DNA of 64,000 nucleotides, taken from the NCBI GenBank assembly GCA_949292635.1, contig CASEZY010000001.1:222434-286433 (forward strand), read 5' to 3'. The stretch is from an uncultured Methanomassiliicoccales archaeon. GTDB lineage: Archaea > Thermoplasmatota > Thermoplasmata > Methanomassiliicoccales > Methanomethylophilaceae. The position numbers and the translations under genes are program-made. Numbering within the stretch: position 1 is the stretch's first letter; the number at the start of each line of letters is the position of its first letter. The notes beneath the pieces were generated by a model. It was not told where the DNA came from. It searched no databases and saw only the letters and a program-made list of their open reading frames with translations. This document shows positions 29,059-38,337 of the stretch, piece by piece.

Positions 29059-29647
29059 TTGAATCCCTCAAACCGATGATGATGCGCCAAGCGTCCTCCA
29101 GCACCTCGTCCGGCCCTCTGCCGGCATCGATCACGCTGAACCCGTCCTCGGCCGCTATTGTCAGATAGTTCTCCCTCACACGCTTCTGGTATTCCAGCTT
29201 CTCGAAGCGGCTGCGCTCCCCACGGGAGTCGATCCTTCCCGAACAGAGCTCCGGGTCCGCGTCAAGAAGGATGGTGACGTCCGGGCGGCTGATGACGGCG
29301 TCGTTCATCGCCCGCAGCCACTTCATGTCCGCCGCTCCCGCGGCGGCCTGGTAGGCGAGGGTGGATGCGTAGTAGCGGTCGCAGATCACCGTCACGCCCG
29401 ACGAGACGAGCTTCGAGATCTCTGCGGTGTGGCAGGCCCTGTCGGCCGCGAAGAGCAACGCTTCCGCCCGGGGGTCGTCGGTGACCCCTTCCCTCAGAAG
29501 GGAGCCGATGCGCCCGTCGGTGGGCTCTGCGGTGAGACGGACTTCGTTGCCCTCGGCGGCGAGGCGTTGGGCCAGGTTGGCCGCCAGGGTGGTCTTGCCG
29601 GTACCGTCGATACCCTCCAGAACCACGAACAGTCCTTTGCTAGACAT
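29045..29647 (-). CDS. tmk: Thymidylate kinase
   Basis: P-loop LEGIDGTGKTT and DRY motif; start MSSKGLFVVLEG. Confidence 0.85.
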   Translation of the reverse strand: MSSKGLFVVLEGIDGTGKTTLAANLAQRLAAEGNEVRLTAEPTDGRIGSLLREGVTDDPRAEALLFAADRACHTAEISKLVSSGVTVICDRYYASTLAYQAAAGAADMKWLRAMNDAVISRPDVTILLDADPELCSGRIDSRGERSRFEKLEYQKRVRENYLTIAAEDGFSVIDAGRGPDEVLEDAWRIIIGLRDSNASV

Positions 29648-29759
29648 CCGTACCGTGTGAACGGCATCCATCTTAATAAGGTGGCGGATTGGGGCCGAAC
29701 GGCATGATCAGAAGGAAATGAAGTTTCCGGAACGGGATAATGACATGATCTGGCACATC

Positions 29760-30173
29760 TCAGAACGACACGGATTCGGAGAGTCTATCGTACAATGACG
29801 CCAGGGATTCCACGTCCTTGATGTCCTTCCGGCACACCGAGGACAGCCTCCTGCGGATGCTGGTGTCGTATTCGGTGCCGTTGAATCTCAGATACGATTC
29901 CAGGTCTGCGGCAAGCCTTCCGCCACGGGTGTCCCAATCCGTTAGGATAACCGCCTTATCACCATGTGCCAGCAGACGTTCCGTTGCGGCCAGGGGCCCG
30001 CCCTCCCTCTGGACTTCGATCGATCTGAAATCCGGACCGATAAGGTGTTCCAGGGAACGGCGGTCCTTGTTCCCCTCGATCAATATCACGTGATCCGCGG
30101 CGAGCTCCCGCAGCTCGGACAGGACCTCCTCGAGGTAGCGGAGACGCTCCTCATCGTCGTCGATGTCAGCCAT
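29760..30173 (-). CDS. Toprim-domain protein (COG1658-like small primase-like protein)
   Basis: Toprim signature E...VILTDWDTRGG; start MADIDDDEE. Confidence 0.65.
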   Translation of the reverse strand: MADIDDDEERLRYLEEVLSELRELAADHVILIEGNKDRRSLEHLIGPDFRSIEVQREGGPLAATERLLAHGDKAVILTDWDTRGGRLAADLESYLRFNGTEYDTSIRRRLSSVCRKDIKDVESLASLYDRLSESVSF

Positions 30174-30456
30174 CAAGCCTCTGCGCGACATCATTCGCAC
30201 CTCCGACGAAGAAGACGGTCTTCTGCCTGGACGTGTGTCCCTTGATCACCTTGCAGACGCATCCCGCGGCGTCCGAGAGGACCTCCTCCACCTCCTTGTT
30301 GGCCCTGCCGTCCAGTGGCGGCGCCCTGACCCTCACCACGATCATCCTGCGCCATTGGTCCACCCCTTCGGGTCCCGAACGGCTGGCTCTCGGAGATACC
30401 AGGATGTCCAACTCGCACCCTCCATCGGCGGTCCTGATGATGTCGGAGACCTTCAT
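30166..30456 (-). CDS. DUF167/YggU-family protein
   Basis: ILVSPRASRS...VRAPPLDGRANKE pattern typical of UPF0235/YggU; overlaps the Toprim start by 8 nt. Confidence 0.7.
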   Translation of the reverse strand: MKVSDIIRTADGGCELDILVSPRASRSGPEGVDQWRRMIVVRVRAPPLDGRANKEVEEVLSDAAGCVCKVIKGHTSRQKTVFFVGGANDVAQRLDG

Positions 30457-30538
30457 CGGGTGATTAGCGGAGGCTGTCGATTTATGGGTTTCGAGCATTC
30501 AGCAAACCCTAATATACGGACGCCCGATAGCGAATCAT

Positions 30539-31402
30539 ATGGCAGGAGCGGGGAAAGGAGACACTGGCGAGATGCGCGTGGAGGACGTATCGTCCACCCT
30601 TCGCAGCGAGACCGGTACCAAGGCTCTGACCCCGGTCCGCAAGGACATCTATCCTGCCATCGCCGCGCTGGTGGCCAACATCGAGAAGGAGTATCAGAAC
30701 TCCATAACCTCCGATGAGTTCTCGTTGGTCACCGAGGGCTGGAAGACCCGCCGTTCAAAGGTCATGTCGGAGTCCAAGCGCATCGCCGAGGCCCGCATGA
30801 GCAAGATCTGCAGCCTGGCCATCCGCAACACCTTGGGCGCCAGATCCCCCATAGACACCCTGACCCCCGAGGAGACGGAGTTCTACGACACCGTCTACGA
30901 CGCCATCATGAAGGTCTGGGGAGCGCTGGAGCATAAGAAGACCGTCACCATACCGGACATCGCGCCGGAGGTGGAGGAATCCCCCGGAAAACCCCAGACT
31001 GCCGAAGAGCCGGCGATACCGGAGGCTCAAACGGAGACCCCCGTCCCGGAGGAAGCGGAAGTACCGAAGACCGCCGTTCCCGCGGAGGCGACGGGGGACG
31101 ACCGCCCGCTGAGCGAGATGCCCTTCATCGACGACGGCCCCGAACCTCAGGAGAACGAGCCGGAGATCGACGACGAGGACAGGTTCGTGCCTCCTCAGGA
31201 GAGGGTAGAAGCGACGGAGGTCCAGGAGGATCCCTTCGCCACGGGAGAGATGTCGGTGATCATGATAACGGAGCAAATTCCCCCATTCGCCGGCCCCGAG
31301 AGGGATTATGTCCTTCGCAAGGGCGACGTGGTGAAGATGCCGAAGGCCATGGCGGACATCCTGATCGGCGGCAACATGGCCATGCAGATCAGATGCGGAT
31401 GA
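30539..31402 (+). CDS. Hypothetical protein with N-terminal helical domain, about 100-aa acidic/Pro-rich linker and small C-terminal domain (possibly GINS Gins51-like)
   Basis: Three-part domain layout is visible directly; the GINS assignment is a weak inference from domain layout and replication-gene neighbours. Confidence 0.3.
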   Translation: MAGAGKGDTGEMRVEDVSSTLRSETGTKALTPVRKDIYPAIAALVANIEKEYQNSITSDEFSLVTEGWKTRRSKVMSESKRIAEARMSKICSLAIRNTLGARSPIDTLTPEETEFYDTVYDAIMKVWGALEHKKTVTIPDIAPEVEESPGKPQTAEEPAIPEAQTETPVPEEAEVPKTAVPAEATGDDRPLSEMPFIDDGPEPQENEPEIDDEDRFVPPQERVEATEVQEDPFATGEMSVIMITEQIPPFAGPERDYVLRKGDVVKMPKAMADILIGGNMAMQIRCG

Positions 31403-32150
31403 TGCGGGTATCGTCCTTCACCGTCGGATCGAGACAGTCCAATCTGCTGCGGCGGATGCCGGTCACGGCCTCCACCGTCTCCTTCGCCACATCCGGGGTG
31501 TTGTTGGTCTTGCTCAGATGTGCCAGGAAGATCTTGCGCCCCTCCCGCATAGTGGCCTTGATGGCGTCGGCGCACATGTAGTTGGACATGTGCCCGTGGT
31601 CGCTGTCTATGAGCACCTTCAGAGGATACGGATACGGACCCTCGGACAGCATCCTGCGGTCGTAGTTCGATTCTATGACCGCGACATCCGAATCCGCCAG
31701 TGCCTGCTTCACCGGAGGCGTGAGGGTGCCGGTGTCCGTGGCTATGAGCACGGAACCCTCGGACGAGGAGATGCGATAGCAGACAGGTTCCGCCGCGTTG
31801 TGGGAAGTGGGCAGCGGCATGATATCCATGCCTCCGAGGGAGAATGGACGGCGGGCGGAGACCTGGTTGTAATCGACCTTACCAAGTTTCGAGGAATTGA
31901 CGAAGGTGCCGTGGGTGCAGAAGACCGGACGATCCAACTTGCGGGCGACGGGACCGACGCCGGAGACGTGGTCGGTATGCTCGTGGGTCACCAAGATACC
32001 GGATATCTCCGAGGCGTCGATGCCGTTGATGTCCATCAGATGCATGATGCGCTTGCAGCTGATGCCGGCGTCCACCATGACGGCGGATTCGGGTCCGCGG
32101 ATGACGGCACAGTTGCCGTCGCTTCCGCTGGCCAGTATGTGGACCTCCAT
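31389..32150 (-). CDS. MBL-fold metallo-hydrolase
   Basis: HEHTDH metal-binding motif, about 250 aa. Confidence 0.75.
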   Translation of the reverse strand: MEVHILASGSDGNCAVIRGPESAVMVDAGISCKRIMHLMDINGIDASEISGILVTHEHTDHVSGVGPVARKLDRPVFCTHGTFVNSSKLGKVDYNQVSARRPFSLGGMDIMPLPTSHNAAEPVCYRISSSEGSVLIATDTGTLTPPVKQALADSDVAVIESNYDRRMLSEGPYPYPLKVLIDSDHGHMSNYMCADAIKATMREGRKIFLAHLSKTNNTPDVAKETVEAVTGIRRSRLDCLDPTVKDDTRIIRI

Positions 32151-32152
32151 CC

Positions 32153-32647
32153 TCAGATCTTCCTCTTGTAGATCGAGAAGATGATGTCGCTGCGGGACAC
32201 GATGCCCACCAGCACGCCCTTCTCCAGGACGGGTACGCGGTTGACATCCTTGCTGAGCATGGTCCTGAGAACGTCGATGACCATGGAATCCGGCGTGGCC
32301 GTGAGGACGTCACGGGACATGATGTCCTCCACCTTGGTCTCGGAGATCTTCTTGGCCGCCTCCATGAGAACGGGGTCCTCTGCGGACGAGTCCATGGGGA
32401 ACGCCAGAAGATGGAGCACGGGGTCCTCGATGTTGAGCTCCTCCTCGTACTTCATGATCAGTTCGAGGATGTCGGTCTCGCTGACTATGCCCACCAGGCG
32501 GTAATCGTCGTCTATGACCGGTGCGCCGGAGAGGTTGTCCACCGCCAATGTGATGGTCGCGTCCTTGACGGTATCCGTACCGGCAAGGGAGATGACCTGC
32601 GTAGTCATGATGTCTCTGACTCTCAACTGACCCATATTCCCACGCAA
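32153..32647 (-). CDS. CBS-domain pair protein
   Basis: Two CBS motifs (DIMTTQVISL... and DIMSRDVLTA...). Confidence 0.8.
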   Translation of the reverse strand: MRGNMGQLRVRDIMTTQVISLAGTDTVKDATITLAVDNLSGAPVIDDDYRLVGIVSETDILELIMKYEEELNIEDPVLHLLAFPMDSSAEDPVLMEAAKKISETKVEDIMSRDVLTATPDSMVIDVLRTMLSKDVNRVPVLEKGVLVGIVSRSDIIFSIYKRKI

Positions 32648-32721
32648 CGCGGATAGCGATTATATACTTATAGGAAGGGGTTAGGGTTGCGAAATGGCGG
32701 ATTTCAGAAGATTGCTGGCGA

Positions 32722-32736
32722 TAAGCTTTATTAACG
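32722..32736 (+). promoter_or_regulatory. BRE/TATA-like element upstream of tRNA-Lys (taagctttattaacg)
   Basis: Located about 25-35 nt upstream of the tRNA 5' end; shares the aagctttaTWWA core with the rpoK promoter. Confidence 0.35.
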
Positions 32737-32760
32737 ATGACGGTATCCCACGTTCCACAC

Positions 32761-32837
32761 GGGCTTGTAGCTCAGCTAGGTAGAGCGATGGACTCTTAAT
32801 CCATCGGCCAAGGGTTCGAATCCCCTCAAGCCCGCCA
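32761..32837 (+). tRNA. tRNA-Lys (anticodon CUU), CCA encoded
   Basis: Cloverleaf: acceptor gggcttg/caagccc, D arm gctc...gagc, anticodon stem atgga/tccat with loop ctCTTaa, T arm aagggTTCGAATCccct, discriminator g plus cca. Confidence 0.85.
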
Positions 32838-33047
32838 TCCTTCTAACATCACTGCCTTGCGATTGTTGTTATGTCGCGATGTCCGTCCCGAGAAGGTACC
32901 GTTAACAGCCTATGGATACACGCACCGATGTGCCATCCGGATGCTGCACGTCCGGACCGTATCGACATTCTGCCCGACACGATAATATCCATCCGTGTAC
33001 TGGGCGTGGTCATGAAAGGCATCGCCATCCTGTCGGAGGTATCGGAA

Positions 33048-33325
33048 TGATCGAGGGAATCTTCGAGGCCATCATGCTTCTCTGCTTTGCAGCGGCCTGG
33101 CCCGCCAACATAACCCGCGCCTACCGTGCCCGCACCGCCGTGGGCACCAGCCTGGCGTTCATGGTGATCATCGAGATCGGCTACGTCTCGGGCATGGTCA
33201 ACAAGTTCATCAACAACGACATCAACTATGTGCTGGCATTCTACATCTTCGACTTCGCCCTGGTGCTGATCGGCATCCTCCTCTACTTCAGGAACAAGAG
33301 GCTGGACGCTCTGCACTCTAGCTGA
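33048..33325 (+). CDS. Small hypothetical membrane protein
   Basis: About 92 aa from MIEGIFEAIM with 2-3 TM helices; the upstream part of ORF 32912..33325 looks non-coding. Confidence 0.4.
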
Positions 33326-34496
33326 GGATGTCGCCCATCCGGGCGGCCACCCTCCCCTTCACCTCTGCGAAGGGGTCGTTGAACGCATAGCTCATGCCCT
33401 TGCCGTGCCCGTCCTTGCGTAGGATGCCGACACCCTCCAGTCCGTTCAGACGATTCCGCAGAGTCTGGTCGGAGACGGATGGGATCCATACTCTGGCATC
33501 CGCCAGGGTGAATGTCCCGTAGTCCTTGGCATTGTATGCAAGAGTGCGGGACACCTCGTCCATATCCTTAACCAGATCCTTCTGCGAGAACAGCTCGTTG
33601 GCCTCGGTGTACGATTGGAGGAGTGCCTCGGCGGTGTAGCAGACGAAGGGCGTGTAATCTCCCGTCTCGTCGGTATATGCCAGCAGGTCATAGTAGACGT
33701 TGTTGCGCTTCAGCATCTTCTCCTCGAACCTGCAAAGTGCGCAGTTCCCGAAACCTCCGGCCTGGAGCACCATCCTCATCAGCGTCCTGCCGGTCCTGCC
33801 ATTGCCGTCCAGGAAGGGATGGATGCTCTCGAACTCGTGGAAGAAGAGCGCGGCGGTACATACGGGATCGAAGGGCGACGACATGAGCCAGTCGAACAGA
33901 CTCTCGGACTCCTCCCGGACGTGGGCGGGAGGGCAGCAGATGAAGAGATCCTCACCTCCGGACGTCTGCACGGACACCTCCACGTCCCTCAGTTCGCCCG
34001 GTATCCCGCGGAAGCCCGTGCCTTCCATCAGCAATGTGTGGACCTTTTCCGCGGTCTTGAGGGTCGGCATGCGGCCGACGGGATTGGTCACGAACATGGG
34101 ATACAGGTGGTTGATGATCTCCTGGATGTTCCCCGGATTGGTCTCGTCATACCTTCCGGACGAGAAGCGCCCGGTGATCTTGGCCACATCCTCCTGCGAC
34201 AAGGGATTGCCCTCTATGCGGGTGGTCCAATGGACATTGGAAGCGTACGCATCCTCCGCCAGTTTGATGTAATCCCGGGAGGAGATGATGTATTGGTCCA
34301 GGTCGTAATCCCGGCGCCTGATCTCCGATACAAGGCCGCGATACCATGTGGGCAGGGCCGGATACGGCCGGAAGGGGACCTTGCGCTTGTGCCGGAGCGG
34401 CTGTTTCGTAGGCACGAAGGACTCGTAATCCATCATGTGCGGACCCACCGACTCCGGGATCGTAGATTGATATGCCATTTGATGACCCGTTATCAA
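33318..34496 (-). CDS. Fic/DOC-family protein (putative AMPylator/toxin) with C-terminal winged-helix domain
   Basis: Canonical Fic motif HPFLDGNGRTGR. Confidence 0.85.
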   Translation of the reverse strand: MITGHQMAYQSTIPESVGPHMMDYESFVPTKQPLRHKRKVPFRPYPALPTWYRGLVSEIRRRDYDLDQYIISSRDYIKLAEDAYASNVHWTTRIEGNPLSQEDVAKITGRFSSGRYDETNPGNIQEIINHLYPMFVTNPVGRMPTLKTAEKVHTLLMEGTGFRGIPGELRDVEVSVQTSGGEDLFICCPPAHVREESESLFDWLMSSPFDPVCTAALFFHEFESIHPFLDGNGRTGRTLMRMVLQAGGFGNCALCRFEEKMLKRNNVYYDLLAYTDETGDYTPFVCYTAEALLQSYTEANELFSQKDLVKDMDEVSRTLAYNAKDYGTFTLADARVWIPSVSDQTLRNRLNGLEGVGILRKDGHGKGMSYAFNDPFAEVKGRVAARMGDILS

Positions 34497-34647
34497 GAAA
34501 AATGATCCTGTACTTAAACACTCACTTTTCTTGATAATTTTTTATCATGAAAATTCATCAAGAGTATTAACAGTTGGATCGTAAACTCTCATTTTCGGTC
34601 GATTCTAACGAAATCTGATCGATGGAATAACTCGAATCTTTCGCCCA

Positions 34648-35946
34648 TCATTTCAGACTACTTTCGAACCCCCTCAATATGTTGGGGAAGTCCAGCATCG
34701 CCGGACACGGGATCCCTCCGAACAGCCCGTTCAAGTAACGGACGGCATTGTTGTTGGTACGCTGGGTCCTGGCTATGGACGCGAGTGACGAGACGGTCCT
34801 GTCGCCATCCAGATCACTGGACATGACGAACACCGATTTGGGGTCCGCATCGGACATGAGCGAGATATTGTGCGTGGTGATGATTAATTGTTCATCACGT
34901 TCCAAGCGAAGCTCCGAGATCATGTCGCAGATCAGCTTGACATGCACGCCCGAATCCATCTCATCTATCACCACCACTCTCCCGGACACATATGCCAGCA
35001 GAGCAGGGAGCATGGAGATCAGCCTTCTGATTCCGGAGGATTCCCTAGATGCAGGGACCTGCCTGACCGTGCCTGATATCCTCTTGTCGAACATCAGTTC
35101 GTAACGTATCCGCCCTCCCAGGTCCCTGCGGTCGTACCACGCACGTTCGAAATCGGGGGTTATGCGTCTGAAGAAACGGGACATCGCCCCTTCGTATGCA
35201 TCGAGGATATTCTCCGCATCCCTTGATATGGTGCCGGACATCAGACCCTGCAGTCCGCTGTGTCCGGCGCTGCCGGAGGGACATTCGATCCATATGCCCT
35301 CGATGTACGCGATCACCTTGCGCAGACCCTCCCTGACCGAGGCTTCCATGAATCCTTCGTTCTTGCGGACCAGTTCCCCGCGAACGATGGATAGGAGGGT
35401 GTGCCTGCCCCAATAGCGGTCGATCAGACCGCATATCTCCCCCTTGTACTCGGAAGAGAATATCGTGGGACCGAGCTCCGCATTTATGCTGGCGTTCTCC
35501 GAGGATATGGAGAAGTACCGTCAGCTGCGATCGTTGATCATGTAGTTGAGGGCCTCGTACACCACGAACCCCCGGGCATCCATGCTCAGTTCATACCTGG
35601 CGTCATGACCGTCCACGGACATCGTGACGGTGATTCTCGGACCGTCGTCGCTGCCAATCATCCTGACCTCCGAGCACAGTTCGGGCATGGAGGTCTCCTT
35701 CCGTTCACAGGGATCGAGGTAACATATGCCCTTGGCCTCATCAGCAAGTGGATTGATGGTATCGCTGGGAGAGAGCGTGAGCACGGAATCCCGAAGGAAG
35801 GCGAAGGACTCCGTCAGATTGGTCTTCCCTGCACCGTTCTCCCCGTAAACCAGGACGATGTTCTGCGGGGATCCCTTGGAGCCAGTTATGCGGAACTCCA
35901 AATCGTTGAACGATTTGAAACGTTGTAATCTAATGCTTTTAATCAT
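34648..35946 (-). pseudogene. AAA_21/AAA_15-type ATPase (abortive-infection-like) interrupted by one in-frame TGA
   Basis: N-terminal part (35521..35946) has Walker A GENGAGKTN and ends ...NYMINDRS-TGA. The same frame continues RYFSISSENAS... through Walker B VVVIDEMDSGVH and ITTHN to 34648. Both halves are needed for one ATPase fold. Confidence 0.7.
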
Positions 35947-36055
35947 ATTGATTAAAAATATTATACGTTTAATTAAACATTTTGATATGTTTTATATCAT
36001 TCTCATGATTAGTATGGCGGCATAATACCCCGCTTGATCATAACCATCCTGAGAA

Positions 36056-36814
36056 TCACTTCCCCAAGACCTTCTCTGCAGTATGTGCCAGGAACATGCC
36101 CCATCCGTCGCACTGCTTCAGCAGCGAGATGATTATGCCGGAGCTGAGCTTGGACTCCCCACCCTGGCGCTCCCCGAACTCGAACACCGTCTCCTCGATA
36201 TGGGTGTCCTTGGGGACGTACTTCATCAGGTCGAACAGTGCCTTGAAGCCCCGCATCTGGAAGTCCTGCCTGTGCTCTTGGATGACCTCTTTGCACATAT
36301 CCGTCCTGCCGCCGAACAGCCCGCTCATGATGTCCGAGGAGATCTGACGGTCGTGCATCCTGAGTGTGAATGCCGCAAGATAATGAGCGCCCCAGGAGCC
36401 CACCCATCTGGTGAACGAGGACAGGTTGCTGCGGTCCTTACGGACGCCGATGGACAGGTCCGCGCCTGCCTTCAGCTGAGCGAAGATATCCTTCAGCGCC
36501 GACGGCGGATGCTGGAAGTCGGAGTCCATGTTGATGAAATACTCGGTCTCCGTCAGCTCGATGCCCTCGAAGATGCTGGCCGAGAGGCCCCGATCCTCCG
36601 GGGCGCGGACCACCAGCCTCACCATCGGGTCGCCCTCGGCGATCGCGGAAACGATGCTCTGGGTCCCGTCCTTCGAGTTGTCGTCCATCACCAGCACCCT
36701 AAATCCCGGGTACATCGAACGGAGGGTCTCCACCATCCTTCCGATGTTGGCCTCCTCGTTGTAAGTTGGAAGTATGACGGTGCAGCCGTCCTCTCCGCTC
36801 ATCGGCCCCCCCAA
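36056..36814 (-). CDS. GT2 family glycosyltransferase (dolichyl-phosphate mannose/glucose synthase-like)
   Basis: ILPTYNEEANI and DDNSKDGT/DSD motifs; about 250 aa. Confidence 0.8.
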   Translation of the reverse strand: MGGPMSGEDGCTVILPTYNEEANIGRMVETLRSMYPGFRVLVMDDNSKDGTQSIVSAIAEGDPMVRLVVRAPEDRGLSASIFEGIELTETEYFINMDSDFQHPPSALKDIFAQLKAGADLSIGVRKDRSNLSSFTRWVGSWGAHYLAAFTLRMHDRQISSDIMSGLFGGRTDMCKEVIQEHRQDFQMRGFKALFDLMKYVPKDTHIEETVFEFGERQGGESKLSSGIIISLLKQCDGWGMFLAHTAEKVLGK

Positions 36815-36834
36815 TCGTCTAAAAATAATATAGT

Positions 36835-37227
36835 ATGTGCGCGATGCACAACGAGGTGTCTGAGATGCATGTGATATCTCTCGTGGTGAAGAACGAGTTC
36901 GGCGTCATGCAGAGGGTCATGGGCGAATTCACCAGGAACAAGATCAACGTGGAGACGATCGTGGTCGGGAAGTGCGAACTGCCCGGGAAGGCCAGGATCG
37001 TCATGTCCGTGATCGACGGTGAACAGGCACAGGTGGCCGTCGGGAAGCTGCGCAAGCTCCAGGACGTCTACGATGCCCGCGAGGTCGAGGAGAGCGGTCA
37101 GTCCGCCTACGCCCTAATCTCCACCAGCGGCGGCAACGTCGGTGTGGTCGGCGAATCCGACCAGGTGGAGGAAATCATCGAGCGCTCCCGGCCCGAGCGG
37201 TATGTCAAAGCGCTCAACGCACTGTGA
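36835..37227 (+). CDS. ACT-domain protein (acetolactate synthase small-subunit-like)
   Basis: HVISLVVKNEFGVMQRVMGEFTRNKINVETIVVG resembles the IlvH/IlvN ACT fold; directly upstream of ilvE. Confidence 0.5.
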   Translation: MCAMHNEVSEMHVISLVVKNEFGVMQRVMGEFTRNKINVETIVVGKCELPGKARIVMSVIDGEQAQVAVGKLRKLQDVYDAREVEESGQSAYALISTSGGNVGVVGESDQVEEIIERSRPERYVKALNAL

Positions 37228-37237
37228 GGTAACCGAA

Positions 37238-38161
37238 ATGGAGAAATCAGAATTCATCTGGCTGGACGGCAAGCTCGTCAAATGGGAGGACGCCAAGGTC
37301 CATGTCCTCGCCCACGGCCTGAACTACGGGACCGGCGTCTTCGAGGGCATCCGCGTGTACGACACCCCCAAGGGAAAGGCCATCTTCAGGCTGAAGGACC
37401 ACGTCAAGAGACTGCTGGACGGCGTCAAGGTCATGGGATTCGACATGACAATCGGCGGGAAGGAGTACGGATACGACGAGGTCTTCGAGGCCATCAAGGA
37501 GACCGTCAGGGCCAACAAGAACGTGGACTACATCAAGCCCTGCGTCTTCCTCTGCGGAGAGGAGACCGGACTGAACCCCATCGGCGTTCCCACCAGCTTC
37601 GCCATCACCTCAGTGTACATGGGCAACTACCTGGGCAAGGACGCGGACAAGGGCGCCAAGCTCATCACCTCCACCTGGCACAGGCCGGACAACCTCTGCT
37701 CCCCCGCGGGTGCGAAGGTCAACGGTGCCTATGTGACTTCCTGCCTCGCCAAGAGGGAGGCCAAGCTCAGGGGAGCCGACGAGGCAGTCATGCTCAACGC
37801 CAACGGATACGTGGCCGAGTGCACCGGTGAGAACATCTTCATGTTCAAGCGCGGCAAGATCTACACCCCCCTGCCCAGCAACAGCATCCTGGAAGGTATC
37901 ACCAGGAACTCCATCATCCAGGTGGCCAGGGACATGGGCTACGAGGTCATCGAGACCGACATCAGCAGGACCGAGCTGCTCACCGCGGACGAGGTCTGGA
38001 TGACCGGCACCGCCGCGGAGATCGCACCGGTGACCATGATCGACGAGAGGGCAATCGGCTCAGGAAAGATCGGTCCCGTCGCCGCCGCGCTGAAGGAGAG
38101 ATTCCACGCCATCGCCGCGGGGAACGTCCCCGAGTACGCCGAGTGGAACGACTACATCTGA
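37238..38161 (+). CDS. ilvE: Branched-chain amino acid aminotransferase
   Basis: Fold-type IV PLP enzyme; start MEKSEFIWLDGKLV inside ORF 37142..38161; conserved catalytic-region motifs (LNYGTGVFEGIR...EVWMTGTAAEIAPV). Confidence 0.9.
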   Translation: MEKSEFIWLDGKLVKWEDAKVHVLAHGLNYGTGVFEGIRVYDTPKGKAIFRLKDHVKRLLDGVKVMGFDMTIGGKEYGYDEVFEAIKETVRANKNVDYIKPCVFLCGEETGLNPIGVPTSFAITSVYMGNYLGKDADKGAKLITSTWHRPDNLCSPAGAKVNGAYVTSCLAKREAKLRGADEAVMLNANGYVAECTGENIFMFKRGKIYTPLPSNSILEGITRNSIIQVARDMGYEVIETDISRTELLTADEVWMTGTAAEIAPVTMIDERAIGSGKIGPVAAALKERFHAIAAGNVPEYAEWNDYI

Positions 38162-38337
38162 AACCGTCCGGGCAACCCCCGGACATCCATCTTCTTTTCT
38201 TATTCGGTCCGAGGACCAGTGATTCGCGTACCAATGTGAAAAGAGCCAGACATCAGCGTCTCGGCATTCTTTGTTGAATCTGTGTGAGAATGTTAATGGG
38301 GTTTTTGCCGGGGTCGGGGGACCCCGTGTGTTTGTGA

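Noticed and set aside
35521-35523. Possibility that the in-frame TGA in the AAA ATPase encodes selenocysteine or is a recoding site
   Set aside because: No SECIS-like structure or Sec machinery is evident, and Pyl-type recoding in this archaeal group uses TAG, not TGA. Nonsense mutation or sequencing error is more parsimonious.
32838-36055. att-site duplicate of the tRNA-Lys 3' end marking an integrated element
   Set aside because: No convincing repeat of ggttcgaatcccctcaagccc was found by eye downstream, so the integration hypothesis is kept only as a low-confidence finding.
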